Shown: positions 37,077 to 47,608, numbered from the stretch's first letter. The stretch is 64,000 bases of DNA from Longimicrobiales bacterium (GCA_041690395.1 JAWLHJ010000001.1:608001-672000), one strand, 5' to 3'. Program-made: numbers and translations. The notes: a model not told the origin generated them from the letters alone.

Positions 37077-39002
37077 TCAGGAGCCCGCCAACAGTTCCAG
37101 CGAGCGAGCATGCGCCACGAGCTGCAGGAACTCGGCGCGGTACCCGTTCGGGTCCTCACCCCTGGCTCCCTCGGCCAGGCGCAGCACGTCGCCGAGCCCG
37201 AAGCCGGCACAGTGCTCGGAGTCGCGGAGCAGCATCCCCCACGCGGCCACCGCGGCGGCGAAGCGGAAGTCCTCGGACGGCCTCTCCACGACGCGCCGCA
37301 CCGGATGGGTGAGCAGGCGGCTCTCCGAGCCACCCGGCTCCTGGTAGCGGAGCTTCACGAACAGCAGCTCGTCGGTGTCGGCGCGCGGACCGGTGTCCGG
37401 CACCTGCTGGTACCTCAGTTGGCCCTGGTCACGCACCTCGACCGGGCTCTCGACACCGACGGGAACGATCTCGTAGAGCGCCGTGACCGAGTGGCCGGCA
37501 CCGATCTCTCCCGCGTCCTTCGTATCGTCGTCGAAGTCCTCGTTCGCGAGGAGGCGGTTCTCGTATCCGATCAGGCGGTACGCTGCGACCCGGCCCGGAT
37601 TGAACTCCACCTGGATCTTCACGTCCTGCGCCACCGTCACCAGCGTCCCGCCCATCTCGCCCACGAGCACCTTGCGGGCTTCCAGGGCGCCGTCGATGTA
37701 GGCGTAGCTTCCGTTCCCGTGGTCGGCGATCTGCTCCATCTTCGAGTCCTTCAAGTTCCCGGTGCCGAATCCGAGCACCGTGAGGAAGGTCCCGCCCCGG
37801 CGCTTCTCCTCGATCAGGCGGATCATCTCCGCGTCGCTGGACGCCCCTATGTTGAAGTCGCCGTCCGTCGCGAGGATGACCCGGTTGTTGCCCTCCTCGA
37901 GGAAGTGCTCGCTCGCGACCGCATAGGCGAGATCGATGCCGGCGCCGCCGGCGGTCGAGCCGCCCGCCTCGAGCGACTCGAGAGCGTCGAGGATGACGCC
38001 CTTCTCGCTGCCGGGGGTCGACGGGAGCACCAAGCCGGCGGCGCCCGCGTAGACGACGATCGCCACCCGGTCCTGCGGCCGTAGCTCTTCGACCAGCATC
38101 CGGACCGCGGTTTTCAGCAGCGGCAGCTTGTCGGGGGAGTTCATGGAGCCGGACACGTCGAGCAGGAAGACGAGGTTGTTCTTCGGCGCGCTCTCCAGGT
38201 CGATGTCCCGCGCCTTCAGGCCGATGCGCACCAGGTGGTGGAGGGGCTGCCAGGGCGCCGGCGCGACCTCCGTGGTGATCCGGAGGGGATGCGCGTCGAT
38301 CGGACCCGGATCCCCGTATGGGAAGTAGTTGACCAGCTCCTCGATGCGCACCGCGTCGATGGGAGGCCGCACTCCGTCGCGCACGAAGCGGCGCACGTTC
38401 GAGTACGAGGCCCGGTCGACGTCGATCGAGAACGTGGACAGTGGCGCCGAGCGCGCCATCCGGAACTCGTTCTCCTCGATGAGCGCGTACGACTCGGTGT
38501 GGAAGTCGGGGTTGTAGCGTCCGGGAAGGGCTTGGGCCTGCCCGAACGTGGTGGGCGCGAAGGCGATGTCGCCCCGTGCCTCGCGGGTCTGTGGCCGACC
38601 CATGGAGGCCGCCTGGCCGGCCACGGCCAGCTCTTCGAGCCGCAGCGCGGCGGCCGTCAGCGCGAAATCGACGGTGTGGACGGCATCCGTGAGGGCCAAC
38701 GTGCGGCTCATCGGCTCGAAGCCGATCCGGCGCACAGTGACCGTCACCTCCGTCCCGAGCCGAAGCCCGTCGATGGCGATCCGGTAGCGGCCGTCGGCGC
38801 CGGTGAATGCGCCCGCCCACCCGTCGACCGACACCTGGGCCTGGGCGATCGGGGCCCCGGTTCCGGCGTCGGTGACGCGCCCGGTCAGGACGGCGCCACC
38901 CGCCCTGGAGCCGGGGTCCGTGGTCGGGGCCGGCTCGGTCGGGCCAGCGAGGGCCAGCGCGGCCGTGAGCATCGGGATCAGCGTCCATCGTGAAACGCTC
39001 AT
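37077..39002 (-). CDS. YfbK-like VWA domain protein (CarboxypepD_reg + vWF_A + VWA + DUF3520)
   Basis: RBS AGGAGGT; signal peptide; GRVTDAGTGAPI; PLSTFSIDVD.ASY; LDVSGSM MIDAS; ATDGDFN; YRLIGYENR; DAGEIG; FAAAVA.WG.LL. Confidence 0.9.
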   Translation of the reverse strand: MSVSRWTLIPMLTAALALAGPTEPAPTTDPGSRAGGAVLTGRVTDAGTGAPIAQAQVSVDGWAGAFTGADGRYRIAIDGLRLGTEVTVTVRRIGFEPMSRTLALTDAVHTVDFALTAAALRLEELAVAGQAASMGRPQTREARGDIAFAPTTFGQAQALPGRYNPDFHTESYALIEENEFRMARSAPLSTFSIDVDRASYSNVRRFVRDGVRPPIDAVRIEELVNYFPYGDPGPIDAHPLRITTEVAPAPWQPLHHLVRIGLKARDIDLESAPKNNLVFLLDVSGSMNSPDKLPLLKTAVRMLVEELRPQDRVAIVVYAGAAGLVLPSTPGSEKGVILDALESLEAGGSTAGGAGIDLAYAVASEHFLEEGNNRVILATDGDFNIGASSDAEMIRLIEEKRRGGTFLTVLGFGTGNLKDSKMEQIADHGNGSYAYIDGALEARKVLVGEMGGTLVTVAQDVKIQVEFNPGRVAAYRLIGYENRLLANEDFDDDTKDAGEIGAGHSVTALYEIVPVGVESPVEVRDQGQLRYQQVPDTGPRADTDELLFVKLRYQEPGGSESRLLTHPVRRVVERPSEDFRFAAAVAAWGMLLRDSEHCAGFGLGDVLRLAEGARGEDPNGYRAEFLQLVAHARSLELLAGS

Positions 39003-39044
39003 GTCCCACCTCCTGTCGTCTCGGGGATCGCGTGCTTGCCCTGG

Positions 39045-39072
39045 ATGACGACCGGGAGGAGGGCGTCTTGCA
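39045..39072 (-). promoter_or_regulatory. Possible ECF-type promoter of the VWA gene
   Basis: Minus strand TGCAAG-N16-CGTCAT about 42 nt upstream of the ATG; resembles the AAC/CGT ECF architecture. Single instance. Confidence 0.3.
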
Positions 39073-39296
39073 CGCCGCGTTGCGGTTGTGAACGGCCCCC
39101 GCGGCCATAGGACGGGCGCTATCGGCTCCGAGTGGCGCGCGTTACGGATCGGTGGGCACAGAACGAAGGCATTGCAAGCTGCGGGTGTTCGTTCAACCTT
39201 TGAGCGAGTGACGCGACGAACAACCGACCCATGGTTCTCGGCAGCCACGATGGTTCGTTGGTCTCGTCTGAGATGTGTCATCGTCAGGACTTGCCC

Positions 39297-40133
39297 ATGT
39301 GGCACCGAGGCGCCCTACCGTTCTGCCTACCCGTGCTGGTCACGGTTGCGTCGTGCAGTGCGCCCTCGGAGACCAGTCTGGATCGGATCCGGACGGACGG
39401 ATTCGTGAGGGTGGCGTACACGCACGAGCCTCCGTATGCCTTTGTCGATGACCAGGGCGCGGTCGTCGGTGAGTCGCCCGTCGCCCTCCGGGGAGCGCTC
39501 CCACCGCTCTCCATAGACAGCGTCCGCTGGGTCCGGATGGACTTCGACGAACTGCTCGCGGGCCTCGCTGATGGTCGTGTGGACGTGATCGCTTCGGGGC
39601 TCTTCGTGACCCCCGAGCGCTCCTCTCGCGTCGCGTTCACCCACGCTACGAGCTGTTCACGACCGGCGCTCGTGGTCCGGGACGACGGACCAGCGCCCAG
39701 AGACCTTTCCGCCTTTACCGGTGCCGCGGCCGGGCGCGTGGCGGTCGTCCGTGGGACCGTCGAGGAGGATGCGGTCGAGATTCTCGGCGTTCCCGAGGAT
39801 CGCGTCGTCCGAGTCCCCGACGTCCAGACCGGTATCGTTGTCGTGCGTGAGGGGCGCGTCGAAGCGTTGGCGCTCACGGAACCGACGCTGCGGCACGCTC
39901 TAGGGTCGGCCTCGGACCTGCGGGTGCATGCCTACACCCCTTCTTCTCGGATCGCGGGGCTGGTTCAGGGGTGTAGCGCGCTCGTCGTGCGGCAGGCCGA
40001 TGGGGACCTGATCGCGGCGCTCAACGAGGGACTCCGGGCATTCGTGGGCTCGCCGGAGCACCTGGAGGAGCTCGAAGGCTTCGGTTTCACAGCGGACGCC
40101 TTGCCAGACCGCGTACACCGGGTAGCGCCGTGA
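39297..40133 (+). CDS. Family-3 solute-binding lipoprotein, EhuB (ectoine/hydroxyectoine)-like
   Basis: Lipobox VASC; VRVAYTHEPPYAF, GESP, FDELLAGL..GRVDVIASGLFVTPER, AF.GSPEH....E.FGF. Confidence 0.8.
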   Translation: MWHRGALPFCLPVLVTVASCSAPSETSLDRIRTDGFVRVAYTHEPPYAFVDDQGAVVGESPVALRGALPPLSIDSVRWVRMDFDELLAGLADGRVDVIASGLFVTPERSSRVAFTHATSCSRPALVVRDDGPAPRDLSAFTGAAAGRVAVVRGTVEEDAVEILGVPEDRVVRVPDVQTGIVVVREGRVEALALTEPTLRHALGSASDLRVHAYTPSSRIAGLVQGCSALVVRQADGDLIAALNEGLRAFVGSPEHLEELEGFGFTADALPDRVHRVAP

Positions 40134-42463
40134 GACATCCTCTCGCGATCGGTTCGGCGCGACTCTGGCGCTCCTTCGGCGTATTCATCTTCCTGGTCTT
40201 GGGCCTGCTCTCGATCGTCCTTCTCGCGGCGACCCAGCGGCGCGCCATGCAGACGGTCGAGCAGTCCGTGGCCGCGACCGACAATCTGATGAGCTTACGC
40301 CTCGCCCTGGCCCGCGCCCATCTGGCGTGGGTTCGGGACGCGGAGGGGGACCCGACCGTCGATGGAACACGGTCCCTCGCAGAGTTGAACAACGCGACCG
40401 GCCACCTGGCCGATCTCCTCGAGGGGCGTAGCGCGCTGATCGGTCTCGAGGCCGAGGGTCTTGCCGATGATCCCGTGATCTCCGGGGCGATCGATTCGAT
40501 GACGACCGCGATCCATGACCTGCGCAGCACGCTGGCCGAGCGCGGGTCCATGACTTCGTCGGCCGCTGCCGTGCCGCTTCGGTTCAGCGCCCTGGACGAC
40601 ATGGCCGTCGCATTGGACCGGCGAGTGCACGAGAAGGTTCGCGCAACGATCCAGCAGGAGCGCCGGGCTCAAAGCGTGTTCCTGGCCGTCTGGAGCGTCT
40701 TTCTGGCGTTGACGGGACTCGGCATCGAGGGCCTTCGGAGGGCCCGGCGACGGGCGCTCGCGGAGACGAGGAGCGCTGAAGAACAGCGGTTCCTGGCGGA
40801 GGCCGATCTGGCGGAGACAGAGCGGCGCTTCGAGAACCTTCGCGCGCTCACCGATGCGGGCGTCCTTCTGGTCGATGAGCGAGGCCGGATCCGTGAGATG
40901 TCCGCGTGGTGGCGACAGACGCTCGACATGAAGGAGGAAGTCTGGGTCGGGCGGTCTTGGTGGGAGGCTCTTCACCGCGAGGAGCACCCACGCATGGAGG
41001 ATCTGTGGCGGGAGAAGGCGCTGCGGCGGACCCCGTTCTCGGTGGAGGCGCGCGCTCAGGGTATCGAGCTCGGTCACGACCGCTGGCTCGCGGCACACTG
41101 GAAGCCCGTCGAGTCCGGTGGACTCACCGAGGACGGAAGCTGGGTGGGAACCGTCCTCGACGTCACGCAGCACCGGACGGTCGAGGCCCAGTTCCAACAG
41201 GCGCAGAAGCTCGAAGCGATCGGCCGCATGACCAGCAGTGTCGCGCACGACTTCAACAACCTCCTCACCATCACCCTCTCCAATACGGAGATGCTTCGGA
41301 GTGATCCGGGCGACGACGCGGTATCGAGGGAGGAGCTGCTTCAGGACATCGAGGGTGCGGCTGAAGCTGGTCGGGATCTGATCGCGGGACTCATGAGCTT
41401 CAGCCGGAAAGCCGAGCTCGAGATCGGTCGTGAGGATCTCTCGACGGTCGTGACGGACGCGATGCGGCTCGCAGACAAGCTGATTCCCGACGAGATCGAG
41501 ATCGTGCTCGACCTTCCAGACCCCGGTCCCACGGTCCACACCGATCCCCGGGCGCTTCAACAGATCTTGTTCAACCTCGTGACGAACGCCAGAGATGCGA
41601 TGCCCGACGGAGGGAGGCTCGTCATCAGCGTTGACGAGGTCGTGGCGGACGACAGCTTCGTCGAAGAGCGACCCTGGATCAACGCCGGCCGGTTCGGTCG
41701 TCTCACCGTGACGGACACCGGTATCGGGATGGATCGGGAGACACTCGACCACATCTTCGAGCCGTTCTTCTCGACGAAGGCGGAGGGTTCCGGGACGGGA
41801 CTCGGCCTCTCTTCCGTCCACGGTCTCGTCCGACAGCAGGGTGGTCACATCCACGCTTACAGCGAAATCGGTGTGGGAACGAGCTTCCGGGTCTATCTTC
41901 CGCTCGCTAGCGGAGGCGTCAACGCCCATGCCGAACGGGAAGGTTCGTCCGAGGCTCACCCCGTTCCCGACGCACCGGGGGTGGAGGCGGTAGAGCCGCC
42001 TCTGAGCGTCGAGTCGGCGGCTTCAGGCCCTGCCTCGCTCGACGGACGCCGCCCTGCCCGGGGTCGCTCGCTCCGCCCGGGGGTCTCGCGGCGTTCTCTT
42101 CATGTGCTGGTCGTGGAGGACGACGACGCGCTCCGCCGCAGTTGCGAGCGAGTCCTGGTACGTCTCGGGCACTCGGTCACGGCCGTGGTCGACGGTGACG
42201 TGGCGCTCGACCTGATTGCGCAGGACGGGCCGACTTTCGATGTGGTCATCTCGGACATCTCGATGGACCGGATCGACGGCCTGGAGCTTCTCCGACGGAC
42301 CCGTCAACGCGGGTCGCGGATGCCGTTCGTACTTACGAGTGGACGTCACGCTTCGCAGCTCGTCGGCGATTCGACGCTCCCGGAGGACGTCGTCTTCCTT
42401 CCGAAGCCGTGGTCGGTGGACACGCTCAAGTCTGCGATCGAGGAGGCTCGGTTGCGGGCCTGA
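40130..42463 (+). CDS. Hybrid sensor histidine kinase (2 TM, PAS, HisKA, HATPase, REC)
   Basis: QAQKLEAIGR...AHDFNNLL, QILFNLVTNARDAM, DTGIGM, FEPFFSTK, GTGLGL, VLVVEDD..SDISM..TSG..PKP; GTGA overlap with the binding protein stop. Confidence 0.93.
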   Translation: MRHPLAIGSARLWRSFGVFIFLVLGLLSIVLLAATQRRAMQTVEQSVAATDNLMSLRLALARAHLAWVRDAEGDPTVDGTRSLAELNNATGHLADLLEGRSALIGLEAEGLADDPVISGAIDSMTTAIHDLRSTLAERGSMTSSAAAVPLRFSALDDMAVALDRRVHEKVRATIQQERRAQSVFLAVWSVFLALTGLGIEGLRRARRRALAETRSAEEQRFLAEADLAETERRFENLRALTDAGVLLVDERGRIREMSAWWRQTLDMKEEVWVGRSWWEALHREEHPRMEDLWREKALRRTPFSVEARAQGIELGHDRWLAAHWKPVESGGLTEDGSWVGTVLDVTQHRTVEAQFQQAQKLEAIGRMTSSVAHDFNNLLTITLSNTEMLRSDPGDDAVSREELLQDIEGAAEAGRDLIAGLMSFSRKAELEIGREDLSTVVTDAMRLADKLIPDEIEIVLDLPDPGPTVHTDPRALQQILFNLVTNARDAMPDGGRLVISVDEVVADDSFVEERPWINAGRFGRLTVTDTGIGMDRETLDHIFEPFFSTKAEGSGTGLGLSSVHGLVRQQGGHIHAYSEIGVGTSFRVYLPLASGGVNAHAEREGSSEAHPVPDAPGVEAVEPPLSVESAASGPASLDGRRPARGRSLRPGVSRRSLHVLVVEDDDALRRSCERVLVRLGHSVTAVVDGDVALDLIAQDGPTFDVVISDISMDRIDGLELLRRTRQRGSRMPFVLTSGRHASQLVGDSTLPEDVVFLPKPWSVDTLKSAIEEARLRA

Positions 42464-43475
42464 TCTCCATGACGTCGGAGAGCAGCTCGTACGACCGGCG
42501 CCGGGCTTCGAGGTCGTGCGTGACCGTGACGGTCATGAGCTCGTCCACCCCGTACCGTTCGGCGAGCGCGAGAAGCGCGTCGCGGACCTGTCCGGGGTCC
42601 CCGATGACCACCCTGCTGTCGTCGGCCAGCAGCTCGGAGATGGGCACGCCCCACTGCTCGAACTCGTCCTTGGCCTGCTCGGGGGAGGGAATCCCGCGGT
42701 CGACCCCCCGCATGATGCGCATGCGCCAGAGGTGGAGGCTGAGCGAGAGCCATTCGGCCTCCTCACGCGTCTCGGCGCAGAGGACCCCGATTCCTACGTT
42801 GGCCGCGGGCACGGACAGACGGTCATTCGGCTGGAACCGCTGCTGATACGCCCGCACCGCCGCGCTCCCGTCCACACCGCTGATGAACTGCGCGAACGAG
42901 TAGCCCAGGCCGAGCCCGGCAGCCACATCGACGGTCGTGCCGCTCGACGCGAGCATCCAGAGCTCGGGGACGTCCTTGCCGCGTGGGGTGGCTCGGACCT
43001 TGGCGAACGGACCGTCCTCCATCGTCTCGCCCAGCCATCCGGCGAGGTGCTGGAGCTGATCGGGGAAGCGCTCCACGGGGATCGCCTCCCGCCCGTAGCG
43101 CAGGGCGGCGGCGGCCTTTCCGGTCCCGGCGGGGGCTCTCCCGAGCCCCAGGTCGATGCGTCCCGGAAAGAGTGTCTCCAGCATGCGGAACTGCTCGGCG
43201 ACCTTGTAGGGTGAGTAGTGGGGGAGCATCACGCCCCCGGAGCCGACGCGGATACGCTCCGTGACCGAGGCCACCCGGGGGATGAGCACCTCGGGCGCCG
43301 ATCCCGCGAACGAGTTGGTGCTGTGGTGCTCGGCGAGCCAATAGCGGGAGAAGCCGAGACGGTCGGCCAGGCGCGCGAGCTCGAGCGTGGACGCGACGGC
43401 ATGCCGGGCGTCGCTTCCGTTGGGCACGGGAGACTGGTCGACGATGCCGAGTCGGAGGGGCGTGGAGCGGGGCAC
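42426..43475 (-). CDS. LLM class flavin-dependent oxidoreductase (luciferase-like)
   Basis: YWLAEHH, IRVGSGGVMLPHYSP.KVAEQF, PGRIDLGLGRAP, VDELM. Confidence 0.92.
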   Translation of the reverse strand: MPRSTPLRLGIVDQSPVPNGSDARHAVASTLELARLADRLGFSRYWLAEHHSTNSFAGSAPEVLIPRVASVTERIRVGSGGVMLPHYSPYKVAEQFRMLETLFPGRIDLGLGRAPAGTGKAAAALRYGREAIPVERFPDQLQHLAGWLGETMEDGPFAKVRATPRGKDVPELWMLASSGTTVDVAAGLGLGYSFAQFISGVDGSAAVRAYQQRFQPNDRLSVPAANVGIGVLCAETREEAEWLSLSLHLWRMRIMRGVDRGIPSPEQAKDEFEQWGVPISELLADDSRVVIGDPGQVRDALLALAERYGVDELMTVTVTHDLEARRRSYELLSDVMEIRPATEPPRSQT

Positions 43476-43527
43476 GGCGGTTCCGGTATGGCGGGGTGGG
43501 TAGGCGTCGGTTCGGAGCGCGCCTCGC

Positions 43528-44946
43528 CTACACCGGGACGACCGCGCCGGTCCCGGACGGCTCGGCCACCGGTGCCAATACGCGGTCCGGCTTCGACCCG
43601 GCGGCCGCGATCATCAGGTAGGCCGCCACCGCGGCGCCGAGCGACGTCAGGTAGGGATAGGCGACCCCCAGCACGTACGCGCCCAGGATCCACACGCCCA
43701 CGCCCACCAGCAGGGAGGCGAGCGCGCTCGCCCGCCCGCCGATCCGTGTGAAAAGTCCGAGCGTCACGACCGTGACGATGCCCGCGCTCCCGAACGACGA
43801 GGCCTCCTCGACCAGCGCGTAGACCCGCTCGGCTCGGAGCGCCATGACGTACGCCAGCACACCGAAGAACGCGACGGCCACACGGGCAATCCGTACCTTG
43901 GCCGCCTCGCTCAGGCCGGGCCGGAGCTGGACCACCACGTTGTGCGAGACCAGGCCGCCGGCCACGAGGAGCGCGCTGTCGACGGTCGAGAGGATGGCCG
44001 ACACCAGCGCGCCCGCGAACACGACGTAGAGGAAGGGCGGCAGGTACTCGGCGGCGAGGAGCGGCAGGATCTGCTCCGGCTCCCCGAGTCCGGGCAGGAG
44101 CACGGCGCCGACCAGCCCGAGGCCGACCGGCACGAGCCCGATGAGCAGATAGGCGAAGCCGGCCACCACGGTCGCGTTGCGGGCGAGTCGCGCCGAGCGG
44201 GCCGCGATCATGCGCGCGACCACCTCGGCGGCGACCATCGATCCGACGATGGGAACCGTCCATTCCTCCACGATGGCCAGGAGCGGCACGGGCTCCGCGC
44301 CGAACAGGTCGAGCCGCGCCGGCTCGATGCGCGCGAGGACGTCCATCCCTTCGCGCCGGAGCACGGCCCACCCGAGCGCGCCCAGACCGATGATGAGCGC
44401 AATGCCCTGGACGACGTCGGTCCAGGCGTCCGCCAGCAGCCCGCCTGCGATCGTGTACGTGATGACGACCGCCGCCGCGATGCCGACGGTGATCTCGATC
44501 TCGAGCCCCGACGCGGACGAGAGCACCTGACCGAATGCGCGGACCTGCGCCGCCGCCCAGAAGAGCGAGGCCGGTACCATGAGGAGCACGGCGGTGCGCT
44601 CGACCGATCCGCCGAAGCGGAGCCGGAACACGTCGCCGAGCGTGGTGAGGCGGAGTCGCCAGAGCGGAACCGCGAAGATCAGCCCCGCCAGGATGATGCA
44701 GATGGCGTAGCCGAACGGGTCGTGCGATCCGCCGGACAACCCGTTCTCGTAGATGGCGCCCGCGGCCGCGATGCACGTCTCGGCGCCGAACCAGGTCGCG
44801 AAGACCGTGAAGGTCGCGAGCACCGGCCCCAGCGAGCGTCCGGCGACCAGGTAGTCCGTCTCCGTCCGGATGCGTCGCGACACGACGACGCCGATGACCA
44901 ACTGGACCAGCACATAGGCGAGAATGCCGAGGAGGAGCGTGTTCAG
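43528..44946 (-). CDS. Sodium:solute symporter family protein
   Basis: DYLVAGRSLG, FATWFGAE, YT..GGL.ADAWTDVVQ, SAILST.DS; about 13 TM helices. Start either GTG 44913 or CTG 44946. Confidence 0.9.
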   Translation of the reverse strand: MNTLLLGILAYVLVQLVIGVVVSRRIRTETDYLVAGRSLGPVLATFTVFATWFGAETCIAAAGAIYENGLSGGSHDPFGYAICIILAGLIFAVPLWRLRLTTLGDVFRLRFGGSVERTAVLLMVPASLFWAAAQVRAFGQVLSSASGLEIEITVGIAAAVVITYTIAGGLLADAWTDVVQGIALIIGLGALGWAVLRREGMDVLARIEPARLDLFGAEPVPLLAIVEEWTVPIVGSMVAAEVVARMIAARSARLARNATVVAGFAYLLIGLVPVGLGLVGAVLLPGLGEPEQILPLLAAEYLPPFLYVVFAGALVSAILSTVDSALLVAGGLVSHNVVVQLRPGLSEAAKVRIARVAVAFFGVLAYVMALRAERVYALVEEASSFGSAGIVTVVTLGLFTRIGGRASALASLLVGVGVWILGAYVLGVAYPYLTSLGAAVAAYLMIAAAGSKPDRVLAPVAEPSGTGAVVPV

Positions 44947-45098
44947 GATGCGGTCCGGTGTGGGGTGGGTGAGACGAGCGCGACAGGGATGGCCGCACTA
45001 TACTGTCCGCGCGCCCTGCCGGGAGCCCCTTTCGTCGATGGGGAGCGACCCGGCGCGGTGACCCGAAACGCCAACCCGATCTTCAGGAGATCGATGTC

Positions 45099-45968
45099 AT
45101 GAGCTTCGTCCGCTCCCTCCGCACGACCCTGGTAGCCGCCCTGTTCGCGGTGCTCGCCGTCACCTTGCTGCCGAGCTCCGCCTCGGCGACCTGGTCGATC
45201 ATCGCCGTGGACTCGAGGACCGGCGTCGTCGTCATCGCGTCGGCCACGTGCGTCAGCGCCGAGGGGCTGCGGACGCGCGGCGGCCTGATGAGCATCCAGG
45301 CGGTGGTCGTTCCGGGGGTCGGCGTCGCGGCCGCGCAGGCCGGGGTCGACTCGACGCGTGAGAACCAGATGCTGCTTTTCCGCGAGATCCAGAACGGCAC
45401 CGATCCGGACGACATCCTGGCGATGCTCAAGGAGGACCCGGATATCCAGCGGCGTCAATTCGGAATGGTCGACCTGAGAGGACGCATGGCCGGCTTCTCG
45501 GGGACCGGGAACGGCTACGCGGCACTCGCGGTGCAGAGCGAGGTCCGTGACCAGGGGATCTACTTCGCGGTGCAGGGCAACATCCTGGAATCGGATCGGG
45601 TCGTGACCGCGGCGGTCGACGCCTTCCTCCGCTCCGAGGGGACGGTCACGGACCGGGTGATGGCCGCCATGGAGGCCGCCGACTACAACGGCGGTGACGC
45701 CCGCTGCTCGTGCCGCACCGACCCCGTTCCCGAGACCGAGATGGGCTGCACGCACCGCTCGGCGCACGTCGCCTACATCGCGGCCGCCAAGCCCGAGGAC
45801 GCGGTCGGCGAGGGCCACTCGGACGGTGACTACACCTTGTTCATCGACGTGGACGACGAGAACACGCTGGCGAGCGAGAGCCCGAACCCGGTCGAGACGC
45901 TCCGTATGCGATACGATGCCTGGAAAGCCGGCGGAGGAATGACGACCCTGGGTCTCGGGATGGACTGA
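45099..45968 (+). CDS. DUF1028 domain Ntn-hydrolase-like secreted protein
   Basis: Signal ending ASA then TWSIIAVD; PGVGVAAAQA, RQFG.VD, VQGNIL, RVMAAMEAA...GGDARC, PVETLR; RBS AGGAG. Confidence 0.82.
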   Translation: MSFVRSLRTTLVAALFAVLAVTLLPSSASATWSIIAVDSRTGVVVIASATCVSAEGLRTRGGLMSIQAVVVPGVGVAAAQAGVDSTRENQMLLFREIQNGTDPDDILAMLKEDPDIQRRQFGMVDLRGRMAGFSGTGNGYAALAVQSEVRDQGIYFAVQGNILESDRVVTAAVDAFLRSEGTVTDRVMAAMEAADYNGGDARCSCRTDPVPETEMGCTHRSAHVAYIAAAKPEDAVGEGHSDGDYTLFIDVDDENTLASESPNPVETLRMRYDAWKAGGGMTTLGLGMD

Positions 45969-47608
45969 TGCCCTCAGGCGGATCGAGGGCCGAGCACGAG
46001 GCGCTGGTGATGGACCGGCTGCGCGCGAATCTGCGCGCGGCCGGCATCCCGGCGACCGAGGAGGATCTGGAGCGGATCGAGGCCGACGGCTACGTGGAAC
46101 GGGTGGCCGAAGCGAGGGAGATCCTCGCCGCGGCCGAGATGTCCGGGCTTCCCGACTTCCTGGCCCATTGGGGACCGGGCGATGGGGCGAGAACGGCGAC
46201 CGCGACGGCGACGGACGGAACCGCGCCGGCCCGCCCGGCGCCCCCGGACGACGACGGCATTCCCGACCGGCTCTCGGACGTCGCGGAGCTCCTCCGTCGT
46301 GGTGAGATCTCTCCGGTGGAGCTGGCCGAGCGTTCGCTCGAGCGCGTGGCCACGCACGATGCCGAGCTGAATCTCTTCCAGCTGGTGCTGGCCGATCGAG
46401 CCATGGACGCGGCCCGGCGGGCCGAGCAGGAGATCCGCTCGGGCGACTACCGCGGCCCGTTGCACGGGGTTCCCGTGGCGGTGAAGGACCTCTTCCGCAT
46501 GAAGGACACGGTGACCACGGCCGGCTCGACGATCCACGTCGAGGGAGGGGCTGATACCGACGCGGCCGCGGTCGAGCGGCTCCAGACGGCGGGCGCGGTG
46601 ATCGTCGGAAAGACCCGCCTCTCGGAGTTCGCCTATTGGCCAGGGTCCACGAACCCGCACTACGGCTCGACACGGAATCCGGTGGACCCCGCGCACGACG
46701 CGGGCGGCTCGAGCAGCGGGTCGGCCGCGGCGGTAGCCGCTGGGTGCGTGTACGCCGCGCTCGGGACGGACACGGGTGGGTCGATCCGCATTCCGGCGGC
46801 GCTCTGCGGCGTGGTGGGGCACAAGCCCACGTTCGGGCGCGCCAGCCTGGCGGGGTGCGTCCCCCTCGCCTGGTCGCTCGATCACGTCGGCCCGCTGACC
46901 CGGTCGGTCGAGGACGCGAGCCTGGTTCTCGAGGTTCTGGCCGGGCACGATCCTCGCGACGCCCGCACCCGCGTCGGGAGCGACTACCGCACACCGGACG
47001 CTGTCCGGCGCGTAGCGTCGGTAGGAGGGGGGGATCTCGAGGGCGTCCGCGTCGGTGTCCTCGCCGCCGATGGATCCGGGCAGGAGCTCGGATCGGGCGA
47101 AGCCATGGCCGCCTGGCGCGAATCGAACGAGCGGCTGCGCGAGCGCGGCGTCACCCTGGTCGACGTGGATCTGTCGGACATGCACGTGCTCTGGCGTGTC
47201 GCCTCACTGACGCTCGCCGTCGAGGCGGCGTCCTACCACGCTCTCTCGCTCCGGCAGCACTACGACCGCTACGGACGGTTCTGTCGGGGACGTCTGGTGG
47301 GCGCCTTCGCCTACGGCTTCGACGACATGCTCCGGGCGCAGCGGGTCCGGGCCCGGCTGAGGGAGCGTTGGTCGAAACTCTGGGACCGGTGCGACGTGCT
47401 GAGCACGCCGAGCCAACCGGACGTCGCCCCGCTCCTCGGCGTGGCCGCGTCCACCCGATACACCAACCCGTTCAATGCACTCGGATGGCCGGCGGTGAGC
47501 GTGCCGTACGGAGCGGGGAAGGGCGGGCTGCCCATCGCGACTCAGATCGCGGGGAAGCCCTGGGATGACGGGACTGTACTCCGGGTGGCGGCGGCCGTCG
47601 GGAGCTGA
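45968..47608 (+). CDS. Amidase signature family enzyme (cytoplasmic)
   Basis: [40 protein letters not shown] overlap. Confidence 0.9.
   Translation: MPSGGSRAEHEALVMDRLRANLRAAGIPATEEDLERIEADGYVERVAEAREILAAAEMSGLPDFLAHWGPGDGARTATATATDGTAPARPAPPDDDGIPDRLSDVAELLRRGEISPVELAERSLERVATHDAELNLFQLVLADRAMDAARRAEQEIRSGDYRGPLHGVPVAVKDLFRMKDTVTTAGSTIHVEGGADTDAAAVERLQTAGAVIVGKTRLSEFAYWPGSTNPHYGSTRNPVDPAHDAGGSSSGSAAAVAAGCVYAALGTDTGGSIRIPAALCGVVGHKPTFGRASLAGCVPLAWSLDHVGPLTRSVEDASLVLEVLAGHDPRDARTRVGSDYRTPDAVRRVASVGGGDLEGVRVGVLAADGSGQELGSGEAMAAWRESNERLRERGVTLVDVDLSDMHVLWRVASLTLAVEAASYHALSLRQHYDRYGRFCRGRLVGAFAYGFDDMLRAQRVRARLRERWSKLWDRCDVLSTPSQPDVAPLLGVAASTRYTNPFNALGWPAVSVPYGAGKGGLPIATQIAGKPWDDGTVLRVAAAVGS

Noticed and set aside
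45968..47608. gatA call for the amidases
   Set aside because: No gatB/gatC adjacent and the GatA-specific motifs I would expect are not evident; the other two amidases have export signals.
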